Made by a program: the position numbers and the translations under genes
In this document: positions 1 to 12,239 of the stretch, piece by piece
Layout of the letters: each line of letters opens with the position of its first letter
Numbering within the stretch: the first letter of the stretch is position 1
Notes under the pieces: model-generated
Told to the model about the DNA's origin: nothing
Seen by the model: the letters and a program-made list of their open reading frames with translations, nothing else
Database searches by the model: none
Assembly: GCA_024679065.1 (NCBI GenBank)
Contig: JAGIQG010000005.1
Location: 85,374,001 to 85,438,000 of the forward strand
Direction of reading: 5' to 3'
Length of the DNA: 64,000 nucleotides
Source: Sphyrna mokarran
Lineage: Eukaryota

Positions 1-1999
1 TTAGCTGTCCCATTCACAGACCTTCATAGCCTGCCTGCCTTAACCTCTTCCTGAAATCTGAACTTTTGAAGGTTCTAAGTATTTTCCTTTGGATTCAGTC
101 AGATTCTGCTTTCAGGTCACATGTCTGATTTCCCAGAAGCCTGATGTCACAGTCCAGAATTCAAAGTTAAAATCCACTTATTCAGAAACTGAAGCTTTGG
201 TACAGGAATTTATATCTTCAAATTGGGTATGCTGCCTCCCCCATGCTCACATAACATTGGGTATGATGGTGTCAGGCTATCAACCCAACATTGTTGCATC
301 TATCTGCACAAATGCAGAAATTATACTCGTGCCCAAATTGGTAACTGTCTCTTATTTTAAAAAAATTAATTAATAAGCATCACAAACAGAATTTGTGTAC
401 TCTCCTATTGCCCATGATAAGTTTATTTTATATGGAAAGAAACACTTGTTTTCTTACACTTGGAATGTGTATTTCAATTAATTAATTCAGTAGCAACCTT
501 TTATGAGTTTAAAATAAAAAAAAGACTATTTATTCCCATACGCTTACCCTGAATTAATGCAATATTACATACATTGTCTCTCACACTGAAACATACATGA
601 TTGGATATGGATAAAGAGAAAGTGCCTTTACAGATGACAGTGAATTCAATCTCTGACTTATGGTCTCTGGTCTTCCATTTTGCAGGCCTGCAATTTGTGG
701 AATGGTTTTGGTCATTTGAAGCTGAAGTGTGGGTCTTGAAAAGCAAAAGTTCACACCAAGTTGCAAGGTCAATTACTTGAAGTTGAGTTTCTGGGAGGTT
801 TGTTCTCAGGTGAACTGACATGTGGAACAGGCTGGGAGAGTCCTTCTCTTTGTTGAGATCTCGCACTTTAAATATATTGCTGCTAGTTATCTTGGTGACT
901 TGATGGTTCAGCTCATGGTTCAGTTTTTGACCAACTGACTGCCTGATGACTCCTGCCAACAGCTCTTAGTTGATTTTTAAAAGCTGACAAAAACATGATA
1001 GTCTCATTACATGGTTTTTTTCACAAATTCCATGTCTTTTGAAAATCCGTGTTGTGGGTTCTAGTGCAGTTTTGATGGTGGAGGTCATCATGAAATAATG
1101 GGAGGTTATAGTGCTATTCACTTCCATTGGTCACAAATTAAGTTTTGATCTTGTCCAGAATGAAACATGGAGAGGGGCAGTCTGGAAACTTCATAGTCCT
1201 TTTATATTGGTGCAATTAAACAAAGAGATGAATGAATTTATAGATGGCTATGAGGATCCTCCCAATGTCCATACTTAATTAAGTACTCACTGGAGATTTG
1301 GTACTATCTATAGTTTGAATGACAAAAGTTATATACTTGGCAGAAGCCATCATAACAGCCTGACTGAAAGTTTGTAGTGCAATACACTTGCACATGAGAT
1401 CACATGTAACACAGTATAGCAAAGCAATTAATTGATATTTTACATGATCAACTCCATTTTTTGCTAGAAATGTTGGAAAAGTGTTGGGAGTGATTCATAC
1501 CAGGTAGGAGCATGCATTGCAAGAATAGGTAAAAAAAAGTTGTGAGCAGAACTATGGCTGACTTCTGCAGAAGTGTCTGCTATTATAGGTGGAAGCATTT
1601 ATGAAAACTGCTCCTTCATATTTATTTCCCTGAGCTTTTCAAAAAGAGATTGGGTGTTTACAACCAGGGCTACAGTGATCTTTGCATACTCCATTATATC
1701 AACCAGAACTCACAATCCCCCATAGGTATTATGCATTCAGGAAAAAAGTTTTCCTCCAGTAAGAAGAAGGAAGACAAAGACAGGAGGGTAGCCATGCTGA
1801 GACAAGTGAACATTGTGGACCAAGTAGATAGGGGACCTATTACTACACATAGGCTTCTACTAGATAGACAAGAGTAACAGGCACACGGAGGGATAAGACA
1901 ATATTTTCTTGCGACAGAGTGTACAGATCAAGAATGACATACTTGCAGATGTCAGAGCACGAGTTCCTCAGAAGACTATTCACTCTAGGGAGGATCTTT

Positions 2000-2872
2000 T
2001 GTGACACTAGCATGTATTTATATTTTTTTAAATCATGATCTCTGCAGTTTGCCAGCAGGTCCTTTGGTTTCATTGTGGCATTGGCTGCATACTTAGAAAT
2101 CCTTTTATTGTTGCTTCAGTGGTTTAAATGGAGTTTTGTCTATTTTTACTCTGGGCTTCATGCAGTATCCAGGACTTTATGACCACTTGAATTGTTAGAG
2201 GGAAAATTGATTACAAGTCAAAATCAGGTGATTCTTCCCCAGAAGAATCCAAGATTCACTTTCGGTTTTGGTTCAGAGTCAGAAGCTGTCCTCGTTGTCA
2301 AGTGGAAGGCAGGTTTTCTCTCTCTCTCTTTCTCTCTCCCTGATATTGAAAATTCTGCTAGCTGGCTGGGAGCAGGTCTTCTGGCTTTCCTGGACTGAAA
2401 ATTTTTCTGTTTGTGGTTTGCTATCTAATAACTAGAGTCTTTTGTCTCTGTTTTTTTGGGAAGTTGTTCTGTCTTCAGGTTTGTCTATGTGTATATCAAG
2501 AGAACCGCAGAATCCAATCAAAGGACTGAATTCTAAGATCATGTGAGCAATTGTATTTTCTGTGCTAAACATATGGTAAGAATTTTCTTTATGGGATTTG
2601 TTTGGTTAGAGTGGTATTTGCTGTTAAGTTTATACAACATCATAGGTTTCTTTTCTTGTTTATAATTGGGAAAGGTTATTGATAATTTTTTTCTACACAT
2701 GTTAACTGTATTCTTAAATAAACTTTGTTCGATAAAAGCTCCCTCGTGGGTCATTTGAATTATACCTGAAGTGAAACATTTCATGCTTATCCTTGCAAAA
2801 TTCAAATAGCAAAACCTATGATCCAGTTGGACTCCTTAAAACTCTTTGGAGTTTCTAACCTGAATTATAACA
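2000..2872 (+). mobile_element. Solo LTR, probably Ty3/Gypsy
   Basis: Starts TGTGA, ends TAACA, flanked by a 4-bp direct repeat CTTT (1996-1999 and 2873-2876); AATAAA at 2717-2722; no internal coding sequence. Confidence 0.7.
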
Positions 2873-3661
2873 CTTTGCAGGATCTCACAAACCAGCTTTA
2901 CACTATTTTAGCAAGGTTATCAAAGATACAACCTTTAGGCATACCCGTGAATTCATCACAACCAGCACAGACAAAGCCAGTCATCTGGAATACTATACAT
3001 AGTGTTGGTCTCTTTATTTGAACAAAAGATATACTAATAGGCATTAGTTGCAGTTCAGAGAAAGTTCACTTGATTCATTCTTGGAATGAAAAACTTATGA
3101 ACAAAGGTTAAACAGGTTGGGCATGTTTCTGCTCCAATAGCATCTTCTTCATATTTTCCTCACCCAAATGATGAGACCTTGTGCAGCTGTCAAAAATTTC
3201 TGCCAGGATGCCTTCAAATGGGTGGTTGTGACCAAATCCCCATTCTTGGCTTGACCTCTCTCATGCTGGACATCCTCACTAAAGGACCATTTGGGTGTGT
3301 AGCACACCCTTCCTTTACCTAGTTAGCAGGCTTCCTGCCTGGCGGCTGTTTATTAGTCACAAGGCACTTTGTTTGATGTGTAGAAATGATATGAGTGGGA
3401 GTCAGTGGACTGCACACTGATTGGTCTGCCTCCCTTATACTGCTGAAAGTGGTAAAATCTGGTCCTTAGTTTCTCTTTCAGTCAAGGATTGACTCACAGA
3501 AATACAGGCTTTGAAAGCAAAGGTCATGCAGACAACAACTCCCCTTAATCTCACAAACAACAAATTTTTATCACACCTTCATTTAAGATAATAACAGATG
3601 ATTTAAGGTAAAAACAATTCTAAAGGGAAGGCAGAGCAATTGCTAGAGAATGGGCATCATA

Positions 3662-4036
3662 TGGGAGATGATGGTATAATGATAATACCACTGAACTAGT
3701 AAAGCAGAAGCCCAGGCAAATGTCCTGAGTACATAGGTTCAATTACCACTATAGTAGCTAGTGGAATGTAAATTCAATAAATTTTAGAAACTTGGAATTG
3801 GATGCTAGTCTCAGTAATAATGACAATGAAATAGCCATTTGTTGTCATAAAGACCTATCTGGTTCATTATTGCCCTTTAGGCAAGGCAATCTGCCAGTTT
3901 GGCCTACGTGTGACTTTGGGCCTACAGTAGTCTTAATTGTCTTCCGAAATGCTCAGCTCAAGTGCAATTAGGGTTGGACAACAAATGCTGGGTTTGCCAG
4001 TGAGACTCCCAGTCCACAGAATAATAAAAGAAAAGA
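3662..4036 (+). mobile_element. tRNA-headed SINE, family distinct from HE1
   Basis: A-box and B-box-like head (GGTTCAATTACC); body shared with 50158-50405 (aaattcaataa...ctggttcatt...cctttagg-x-aggcaatctgcc); A-rich tail. Confidence 0.65.
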
Positions 4037-4224
4037 AGTGGTTTAATAGCAACAGTTTGCACCACATTCGGTATTTGGTAGCTAGAATCCCCAACGAATT
4101 ATATTTGCAGACATTTCATATACAATCTCTTTTGGAGAAAAATGTGACCAATGATAATGTGTTTTTCTTTATATTCTGAATGAGTTCAAGTAACATTATT
4201 CATTGTGAACACTTCAACCTAACT

Positions 4225-4380
4225 CTAGAAACTTTAGGAACTTTCAAACGGTTATTGGATAGGCACATAGAGCACTCCAGAATTATAGGAAGGGGATAGC
4301 TTGATCTTAGGATTGGACATACTCAGCACAACATTGAGGGCTGAAAGGCCTGTACTGTGTTGTAATGTTCGATGTTTCTA
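4225..4380 (+). mobile_element. CR1 LINE 3' end
   Basis: FKRLLDRH-like ORF end and gggctgaaaggcctgtactgtgttgtaatgttc tail shared with other CR1 copies in the window. Confidence 0.7.
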
Positions 4381-4382
4381 TG

Positions 4383-4460
4383 GGGCAGCGCTCCAAAAGC
4401 TAATGGCTTGTGCTAACAAATAAATTTGTTGGACTTTAACCAGGTGTGAGACTTCTTACT
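4383..4460 (+). mobile_element. Penelope-like terminal repeat fragment
   Basis: gcagcgctccaaaagct...aataaatttgttggactttaaccaggtgtgagacttcttact, homologous to the minus-strand copy at 36140-36254. Confidence 0.55.
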
Positions 4461-4570
4461 TAGAGCATTTGTCCAGACCCCTGGATGACTAGTTCCCTGA
4501 TATTACCATTATGTTATCAATAGCATAATATGCAACTTTTACAATTCATTGTTTAATTTGAAATCTACCG

Positions 4571-4887
4571 CGTGGTACAGAGGTAGAGCAGTTAGCACTG
4601 CTGTCTCATAGCACCAAGTATCCAAGGTTGATTGCTGGCTTAAGTGACTGTCAGTGTGGAGCCTGCACCTTCTCCACATATATGTGCAGATTTCCTCTGG
4701 GTGCTCTGGTTCTCTCTCACAGTCCAAAGATGTGTGGGTTAGGTGCACTGGCCATGCTAAATTGCCCTTTAGTGTTGGGGGAATTAGGAACATTAATATG
4801 TGTGGGGTAACAGGGATAGGACCTGGAATTTTTGTCGATGCAGACTTGATGGGCCGTATGGCCTCCTTCTACACTGTAAGAATTTTA
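4571..4887 (+). mobile_element. HE1-type V-SINE with CR1-type tail
   Basis: tRNA head, central ctctgggtgctctggtt...ccaaagatgtg...ggccatgctaaattg core, tail gatgggccgtatggcctccttctacactgt. Confidence 0.8.
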
Positions 4888-7800
4888 AAATATTATTTAA
4901 TTGAAAAAATAGATTCAGCAGCCAGGCCAGCACTGTGGAAATGTTAGTCCCTTAACATGGTGACCTAAAGCTCTCCAGTGCTCAAGCCAGCAAGGGGAAA
5001 CTCCAGGCTTGCTTGGAGCACTAGGCCCCAACTCTGCCACCAAGTACCCATCTCCCAGCACCTGAAATGGTTCCTGCTTGAACTGAATAAGGCTATTAAT
5101 GAAGCTGATCAGGGCACTTGTCTACATATAGGTAGGTAATTCTGTTGACCGTCATTCCCACTTTCACAAAGATGGGCTGGAGGTGGGTCAGCCAGGGAAT
5201 TGGCATTCCGGTAGACTTCTATTCCAGTCCCAGTGGGGGGTGAAAATTCAGCTTTATTTCTGGGGTTTGACATGAGTTGTGGCTGGACTAATTAAACTGA
5301 AGGTCTCCTCTGTTAGTAAGGGCCCTATGTAAAATAAATTTGGACTGCATTTGTAATTCAGCCAAGAATGTTAAAAATCCAAGACAAACTATTTTGATGT
5401 TGCCGATGGTTTCAAAATTTTAAGCACTAAATTGCACATTGATAATTATCAAATCTACAGTATAGGATAGATTTAACAAACCCATACACGCAATTCAGGA
5501 CTTTGAGTGAAGGAGCACATACCAGAAATTTGGATGCATAGATCAGCTTGTAGTATTTTCCATCTACTGATTTGAATGAACTGAAAATCCTATTGAAACT
5601 GAACTTTGTGAATGAATTCCAAGTATGTGCTCCCACCGTGTGTAGCCCTACATTTGGAATGTGAATTTGTTAAATCTGCCCACATAAGTGGGGCTTAAGT
5701 GAAATTAAATTTGTCATGGTGAGGATAAACTTATCCATTGATTCTAATTGATGTAGTTCTGAAAATACAGTCTTTAGTTACTCTATACATCAGAATATTT
5801 AATGCAGTTTTTTCCAATATCACATGTCACCATTGCAAAGCTCATTATACCAGAGTGTGACCACATAATTGCTAGTGGTAAAATGTGTTTTTTAATAACT
5901 TATAATTGCAGTGAGCCTACAGCTTGGTGAAACATTACCAAATAATTCATGGGGTGGTGGGGAGAGGGGTGCAGGGGATTTAGACACTGAGAAAATTTTG
6001 AAGAATTGAGTTCTGGAGTAAAGTGTAGGAAAATTTTTGAAAGTGGAGAGAGATGAAGTAAATGATTCGGCATTAAGGATAGGGCAAAAGTGGCTAATGG
6101 TTAAAGTCTCCTTATTAATAATTGAATAACTAGAGGAGAGATATTCCAGAGTCAGAGCAAGTTAATGGAGGTTGCAGAACAAGGGTGGAATTGATGTCAA
6201 AGAAGGATCCGAAGACAAAAAAACAAGTTTGGAAGTTAATGGGTTGAGCTGGACATAAAATAGAGGAACAAAAATATTCATCCAGTCTCATGAGCTTATT
6301 TCAAAATCAATCAGATCATGTTTACTCTGTGCCTTAGCTGCTTTTGTTCACCTTTTGTCCACAATTGTTGATATGCTTAGCATAGATGAGCACGATCCAT
6401 CTGCTACAATATTTAGAAAGGAATATTTTATTCATTTTAGTCAGGGCTTTAACATATTGAGTTGACAAGTCTTTTAAAATCAATTAAATTCCAAACAATT
6501 TACGCATGTCACACCTGATGAAAAATTGGGGAATGCTAATCAGGTGGTATACCAAGTATTGTCCAGAAACACTGAGTACTTGATAGGGAAATAAACATCA
6601 AACACTTAGTGCATCTAAAGGGATAATCGCAAAATCATGATCTGGCAGTCTGGAGATTGTGGCAAGGATATCCTGAAACTGTCATCTTAGATCTAGCGGC
6701 ATTTGTGGGAGGAGGTTGCAGTAGGAAATAAATCCTCATGGCAGTTGCATAAATAGGTTTGCTATCCTTTTTAGCCATTAGAATTGGAGTTTGATTAGGT
6801 CATGAGATATCATGGATGAAAAATAAAATTTGATCTTTCTTTGCGTTGCCTTAAAGTTGACAGCAAGGATTGTGGATTTGGAAGAATGTGGAGGTGAAAA
6901 ACAAATAATTAAAGCTTGGGTCTGATGAAATTTGACATATCTGAATCAACTGGTGCTGTAGCCTTATCACATTTGGCATTCTAAAATCATCTTTTATATC
7001 CACAAAATAAACTGAAGAAGCATTCCTTTTTGGTATTCATTGAAAATGTTATTGTTATAATAAATTATGAAGTTAGAACTTTACTATGTAGGTTTTTTAT
7101 TTGGAAAAATACATAAATATTATTAGATTCCATACACAAGGTATAGATTCCGAACAATTATAATGCAGTACTGGGGTCATGAAGCTGGATATTGTTCACT
7201 GATGCGTTCCATCAATTATATCCCAAATTTGTTGCTGGCTCTCAGAACCTCAGAAGAGAAAATTTCTGTTCTGTGATACTTTGTCATGCATTGTTGTTGT
7301 TTCCATATGAAAAGATAATGAAAAATTCACAGACTGATTAACAGTTTGACAAGCTATGATGCAAATGCTTCTTCTTTGACCGCAACCATCTTCATATCAA
7401 TACAAGGTAGATAGTTCATCCTACGTGAGTATTCATAACCCATACATAGTGTATGCCAGCATCCACTGCTATCGGGCATCACATGGCATGTGAACTCAAA
7501 TTCAGAGCTGGATCTGCATGTTTCATTTGCCATGACACTTGACTAGGGATTAAAACTCCTAGTTCAGAAGCACTATATTGCCATTAAGGCAAAGACTCAC
7601 TGTTGTATTATGATGTGGTCATATAAATAAAGCCGGGAGCTTTTCAATTTGGCAATAATGTAATCATATTTTGCAATCCATTCACCTAGATTTCAATTGG
7701 TAAAGCCAGTGACAGATTTTCCCGTGTATCATAAGTACAAATCAGGAAATTGAAAACAACATGTTTGTGATTATCCAATTTATGCTCACAACAGGACAGC

Positions 7801-10800
7801 TACTCAAGATGGCAGGCTTTCTCCCAAAACTAACAGAAAGACCTGAATACAGCACTGTCACAGTACGTTAGCACAAGGAAAATCACCAGATTTATTTCCA
7901 AGATTTATCATGGCTTTTAAAAATCTGAAATATAGAATGTCACATTAAAGCAATTAGCTTTACCTATTGGCACTTACATCCAGCACGTCTTACACTTTAC
8001 ATCCAGGCAAAAAGCACCCCAGCAAAAATGTGTAACAAAGAATATTACTTAAAAATCCATCATGTTAGCCAGGAAAAATGAATATGCTGTTACATGTACG
8101 AGATGGAAAAGCATGAAATGGATGAAAAGATTTTTAAGACACTTGTGGGTTTGAAGTAATGGGCATAGATGAGTGGGCATGCTGAATATATCAATTCACT
8201 TGTGATACTAAAGTGAACAAAGAAAACAAACCCTGCCCGATGGTGTAAAAGCCAATTGAGCTTGGTGCCATTCAACATAGGCCACAGATCAAAACTACCG
8301 CTTTGCTGGTCTTCAGACTCAGCTTTGAAAATTTCCTTACTAACTGTTTTATTAGGAACGGAAAATAAAACTATTGATTCTTCCAGTGGCATATTCCATC
8401 TAAATCATGGTATCCTATTTTTGTTAATTTTGTTAGATTTTTTAAATCTTTGCCCATGGAGAAATACCCAGTCTATTTTAAGCATGGATAGGAAATTCAC
8501 TGGCATGAGACTTTTCTGATATGCATTACTGGTGGACCAAGTACCATGCCAGAAGCAAAGACTTGAAAAATGTGCTCCACAGTCTAAATTTGTCTTTGAA
8601 ATCAGGTAAAGCCATTTGAAAAGCATGGCAACATTATTGCTGAGTAAAAAAATCTGCTTGTTTATCTACCTATATAAGTGTATGCTCTTCTGTTTACTAT
8701 GTGTACTGTTTGCAAAAGTTGATTCATATGCACTGACTACATATGCAACAAGTGCTTGGGAAATGTTTCAAGCCTCATCCACTTTGATCATTGGAAGTTA
8801 TAGTTCAACATTTAATTATAAACTGAAGAATATCTTTCACTTGTGGTAAAATTACTTCACACTCATAAAAGACAAGCTCTGATAGACTTCTAGCAGTCAG
8901 GACTTTTTATTTCTTACTTTGTATGTCAATCTTGAAGAAATGCTAATACTTGAGCATTTTATTTTTACAAACTGATTTAGTTCAATAATATTTTGCAATG
9001 ATAGAAAGGCAATCTCATTAAAGTTAGTGTATTCTTGTGTGCACCATAACATTAATTGCTAATGATCATCTCAGTATTAGAAACTGACAATGTGTTTCTG
9101 ATGGCTACTTAACAGTTATCCCAAAAATCAAAGGAGGTGTTAACACAAATATTAACCTACATTTTTCTCTTTCAGATTCTGTAAGATACACTTAGCATTT
9201 CTATTTTATTCACATGACACATGCTTTGGCACACGAGTTAGCTTTAAATAGCATGATTCAATGAAGTATTAAGCTTTGAATAATTATAGAGAGCTAAAGA
9301 AATCATTTATTGAGCCTATTATTAATACATATAATTGAAATCTTTTATCCCAAGGATGATTGAGAAGTAATAGCTTTTATATTAACTGTCACTGCTAATT
9401 TCCTTTAAAAGCAATTCACTTTGTCTTTGGGGCTAATGTGAAACTGTAAAGATACAAAGAAAGTGTGGTTCTCACTTGCTGTTTATTAATGTCCATCCTT
9501 ACTCACTCTTTTGTGTAGCTTTACTTAATGTGACGGCACACTGTGACACAGCATGATTAGCTCAAAGTTTCTCTAATGATCCCAAAGTGAAACTTCAGTT
9601 CTTTCTTCCCTACCCATTCCTTCAGCAGATGTCAAACACGCTTTAATAACTGAAAGTACCCAGCAGTTAAAAAATTTCATTAGTTAGACAGAAATAAAAG
9701 GAGACATTTTATCAATAGCTTGATATTGGTGGGCTTTTTTGTCAATTTGACCCATATCTAATCAGATTATTGTTGCAAGTGAGACAACTGTTTCTACAGC
9801 GACCTAATGTTCTGCCTATTATGTGCACATGATCTATAACCTTTTAAAATACTACTGTGGGAAAGCAGAACACTTCACTGCAGACCCAAGTCATAGATTC
9901 CTAACAGGTGGCAGTCTTTCACTTAGCAACATTTGTTACAGAATCCCAATGTTGAGTATATTGGAAATATCAGGGGGCACAGTTTCCTACCAGGTATCCA
10001 GGGGAAATAAGCAAAGAGAATGTAAGAAGGCATAATCAACATAAATACATGCAGCTGCTGTCGGTTTATGAACTTGAAGAGATCTACAGCTCAGACCACA
10101 TTGGGTTTAAAGTGATTTGTTGTTTTCTGCAGCGCCATCTTATGACTTTCATAAAATAAAGCAGCTGAACAAGGACTTTGGAAGAACATTCAGTCAGCAA
10201 TGTTAAAAAACAGTTTTTACCTTTGTTTTGTATAGGAAAGTGTTAGTGTTAAGTGCTCATTGTTAATTGTGTATCGACTATTACTCCTATCCTAAAATAC
10301 TTTTCTGAAAATTAAGCCAAAAAAATGTTCGGGACTTCTTACAGACCAATAAGGGGAAATTCCAATAGCCATTCTGGCACTTAGGAGACTATTTTAATCT
10401 GATTTTAGTAATAAAACAAAATCCTCAGGTATGCATAGCTTACGCTGCAGAATCCGATCGCTCTGAGATTGAATGATCATTCTGTATGATCATTAAAAAT
10501 ATATGTATTTCAATAGAAAGCATGTAGGATATTTTCATTTTGCACAAATTTGTTTTTAAATGACTAATTCTAATGCCATAATATATTAGGATGGAGAAAA
10601 TTAAATTTTAATTCCTAAGTAAAGCAATTATGTGGTGGAGGTTGATTGAATAGCTTTTTGTTGTAACTTCATTACTATAGAAATGGATCCCTTTAAATTA
10701 AAATTTTACATTTGAGCTCCTATACATACCTAAATCAGTGTACTTACAAGCCTGGAAGAAAACAGCAAAAATCTTGCTCAAGAATTTTATCGATTATAAT

Positions 10801-10892
10801 ATTGAGAACGGGGATTCCTTTCCTTTCAACGGTGGGAGAGTCATGGACTGGGTGAAATAAGGGATGTGAGAAAAGTTAAACTGCATTAAAGC

Positions 10893-11030
10893 TTAAGTTT
10901 ATTTATTAGTGTCACAAGTAGGCTTATGTTAACATTATAATGAAGTTACTGTGAAAATCCCTTAGTCCGTCACAATCTGCCGCCTTTTAGGGAACATTGA
11001 GGGAGAATTTAGCATGGCTAATTCACCTAA
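10893..11030 (-). mobile_element. 3' fragment of HE1-type SINE with the alternative tail
   Basis: Reverse complement ends gcctacttgtgacactaataaataaac, as in copies at 45746, 52057 and 59848. Confidence 0.75.
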
Positions 11031-11318
11031 TTAGAAGTAGAGTACCTAAACCCATCCTTACCAATAACCATCTATCTGAAGGCAGAGATATACCTATTTT
11101 GGAATGTTGGTGAGCAATGCGGACTCCACTTCATCAGGAAACCCATGATCAAGTTGTACGTACACTTGAAATTTGAGTTCCAACTGATCCCACACAAGCA
11201 CTGCCTCAGTTGAGGCCCCACATTTCTGAACATATGCTTTTGGTTCATTCCATATTACTATAGAGGACATCTGCCTTGATTTGTCGGAGGATTCTAAGGT
11301 CTAAACACGTACGTTATA

Positions 11319-11483
11319 TTTTGATTTTGATTTAATTTGATTTATTATTGTCACATGTATTAGAATGGGCATTGAAGGATTTGGACTTCATAAGTGCACA
11401 TGGTTTTAGTTTAGTTAGGCATGATCGATGCAGTTCTGAAGGGCCGAAGGGCCTGTTCCTGTGCTGTAATGTTCTTTGTTCTT
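11319..11483. mobile_element. Adjacent short LINE tails: Rex1/Babar-like (minus, 11319-11363) and CR1 (plus, about 11365-11483)
   Basis: tacatgtgacaataataaatcaaat on the minus strand; gaagggccgaagggcctgttcctgtgctgtaatgttctttgttct on the plus strand. Confidence 0.6.
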
Positions 11484-11679
11484 TATACCACCAATATTAG
11501 TCAAACCACAATTCGTGGATGTATGAAGCAAGGTGCATTGTTAACCAGAGCAAATGATTTTACTGTTTTCCTCATGAACAACCGGCTGCAAAATGAGAGG
11601 GCACTATAGTTTTCATATCACACAAACCCTTATATTGATTGTGGATAATATTTGGCGAGAAATAGTTGTTGTCATCCAT

Positions 11680-12235
11680 GTGCACTGCAGACTGGTAGAG
11701 GTTCAGCTAAATGAGACCATGAGGAACACTTCAGGAACAATCCCATCAACAAACATGAATAGGCTACCTGCGCTCTGTAACTTTGTGCTACTACAAACCG
11801 TTGTAAAACTAGTACGGCATGATTTCTAGGAAGAGTTCTGGACCTTCGCCTGGTAGAAGAGATCACCCACCCACTTAGCAAGTGCTTCATCTCAAGGTGG
11901 CCAATCTGGACCTACCTGCCTGAGCCAGCCAGTTGTGCAGCAGACCTTTTGAAGGAGTTGTGGTACAACAGCAATACAGGTCATTCTCAGCACCTGGTTG
12001 ATGGTCACAAATTGGAAATCCCGGATTTCGATCTCCCACTTGGCAAACGAATCGAACTAAACAGATTTCACACTACCGTTGGACCTACCGTAACAACCTC
12101 TTCTTTTGCGGACATCATGACTCATACTGCGTAACAAAACTACAGTGCACATAATCATCAAGAGCCCAGCCTGTGCTTCAGTGGTGGCCTCACTGCCCTA
12201 TGCTGGTGAAGAGCTGCTAACTGGCTAGAGAATTT
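11680..12235 (+). mobile_element. Degenerate Ingi/Vingi-like LINE, C-terminal region
   Basis: Translations LVEVQLNETMRNTSGTIPST...LPAL and HLVDG...PDFDLP...LNRFHT, then F-S-GGL-x-AL...A-x-WL, in the order recalled for Vingi ORF C-termini. Confidence 0.6.
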
Positions 12236-12239
12236 CAAT

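Noticed and set aside
501-959. 152-aa minus-strand ORF with a good donor-like site (CAGG|GTAAGC) near 543-550
   Set aside because: No recognisable protein similarity, a non-ATG start and no partner exons. It does not resemble LDAH, the usual downstream neighbour of APOB.
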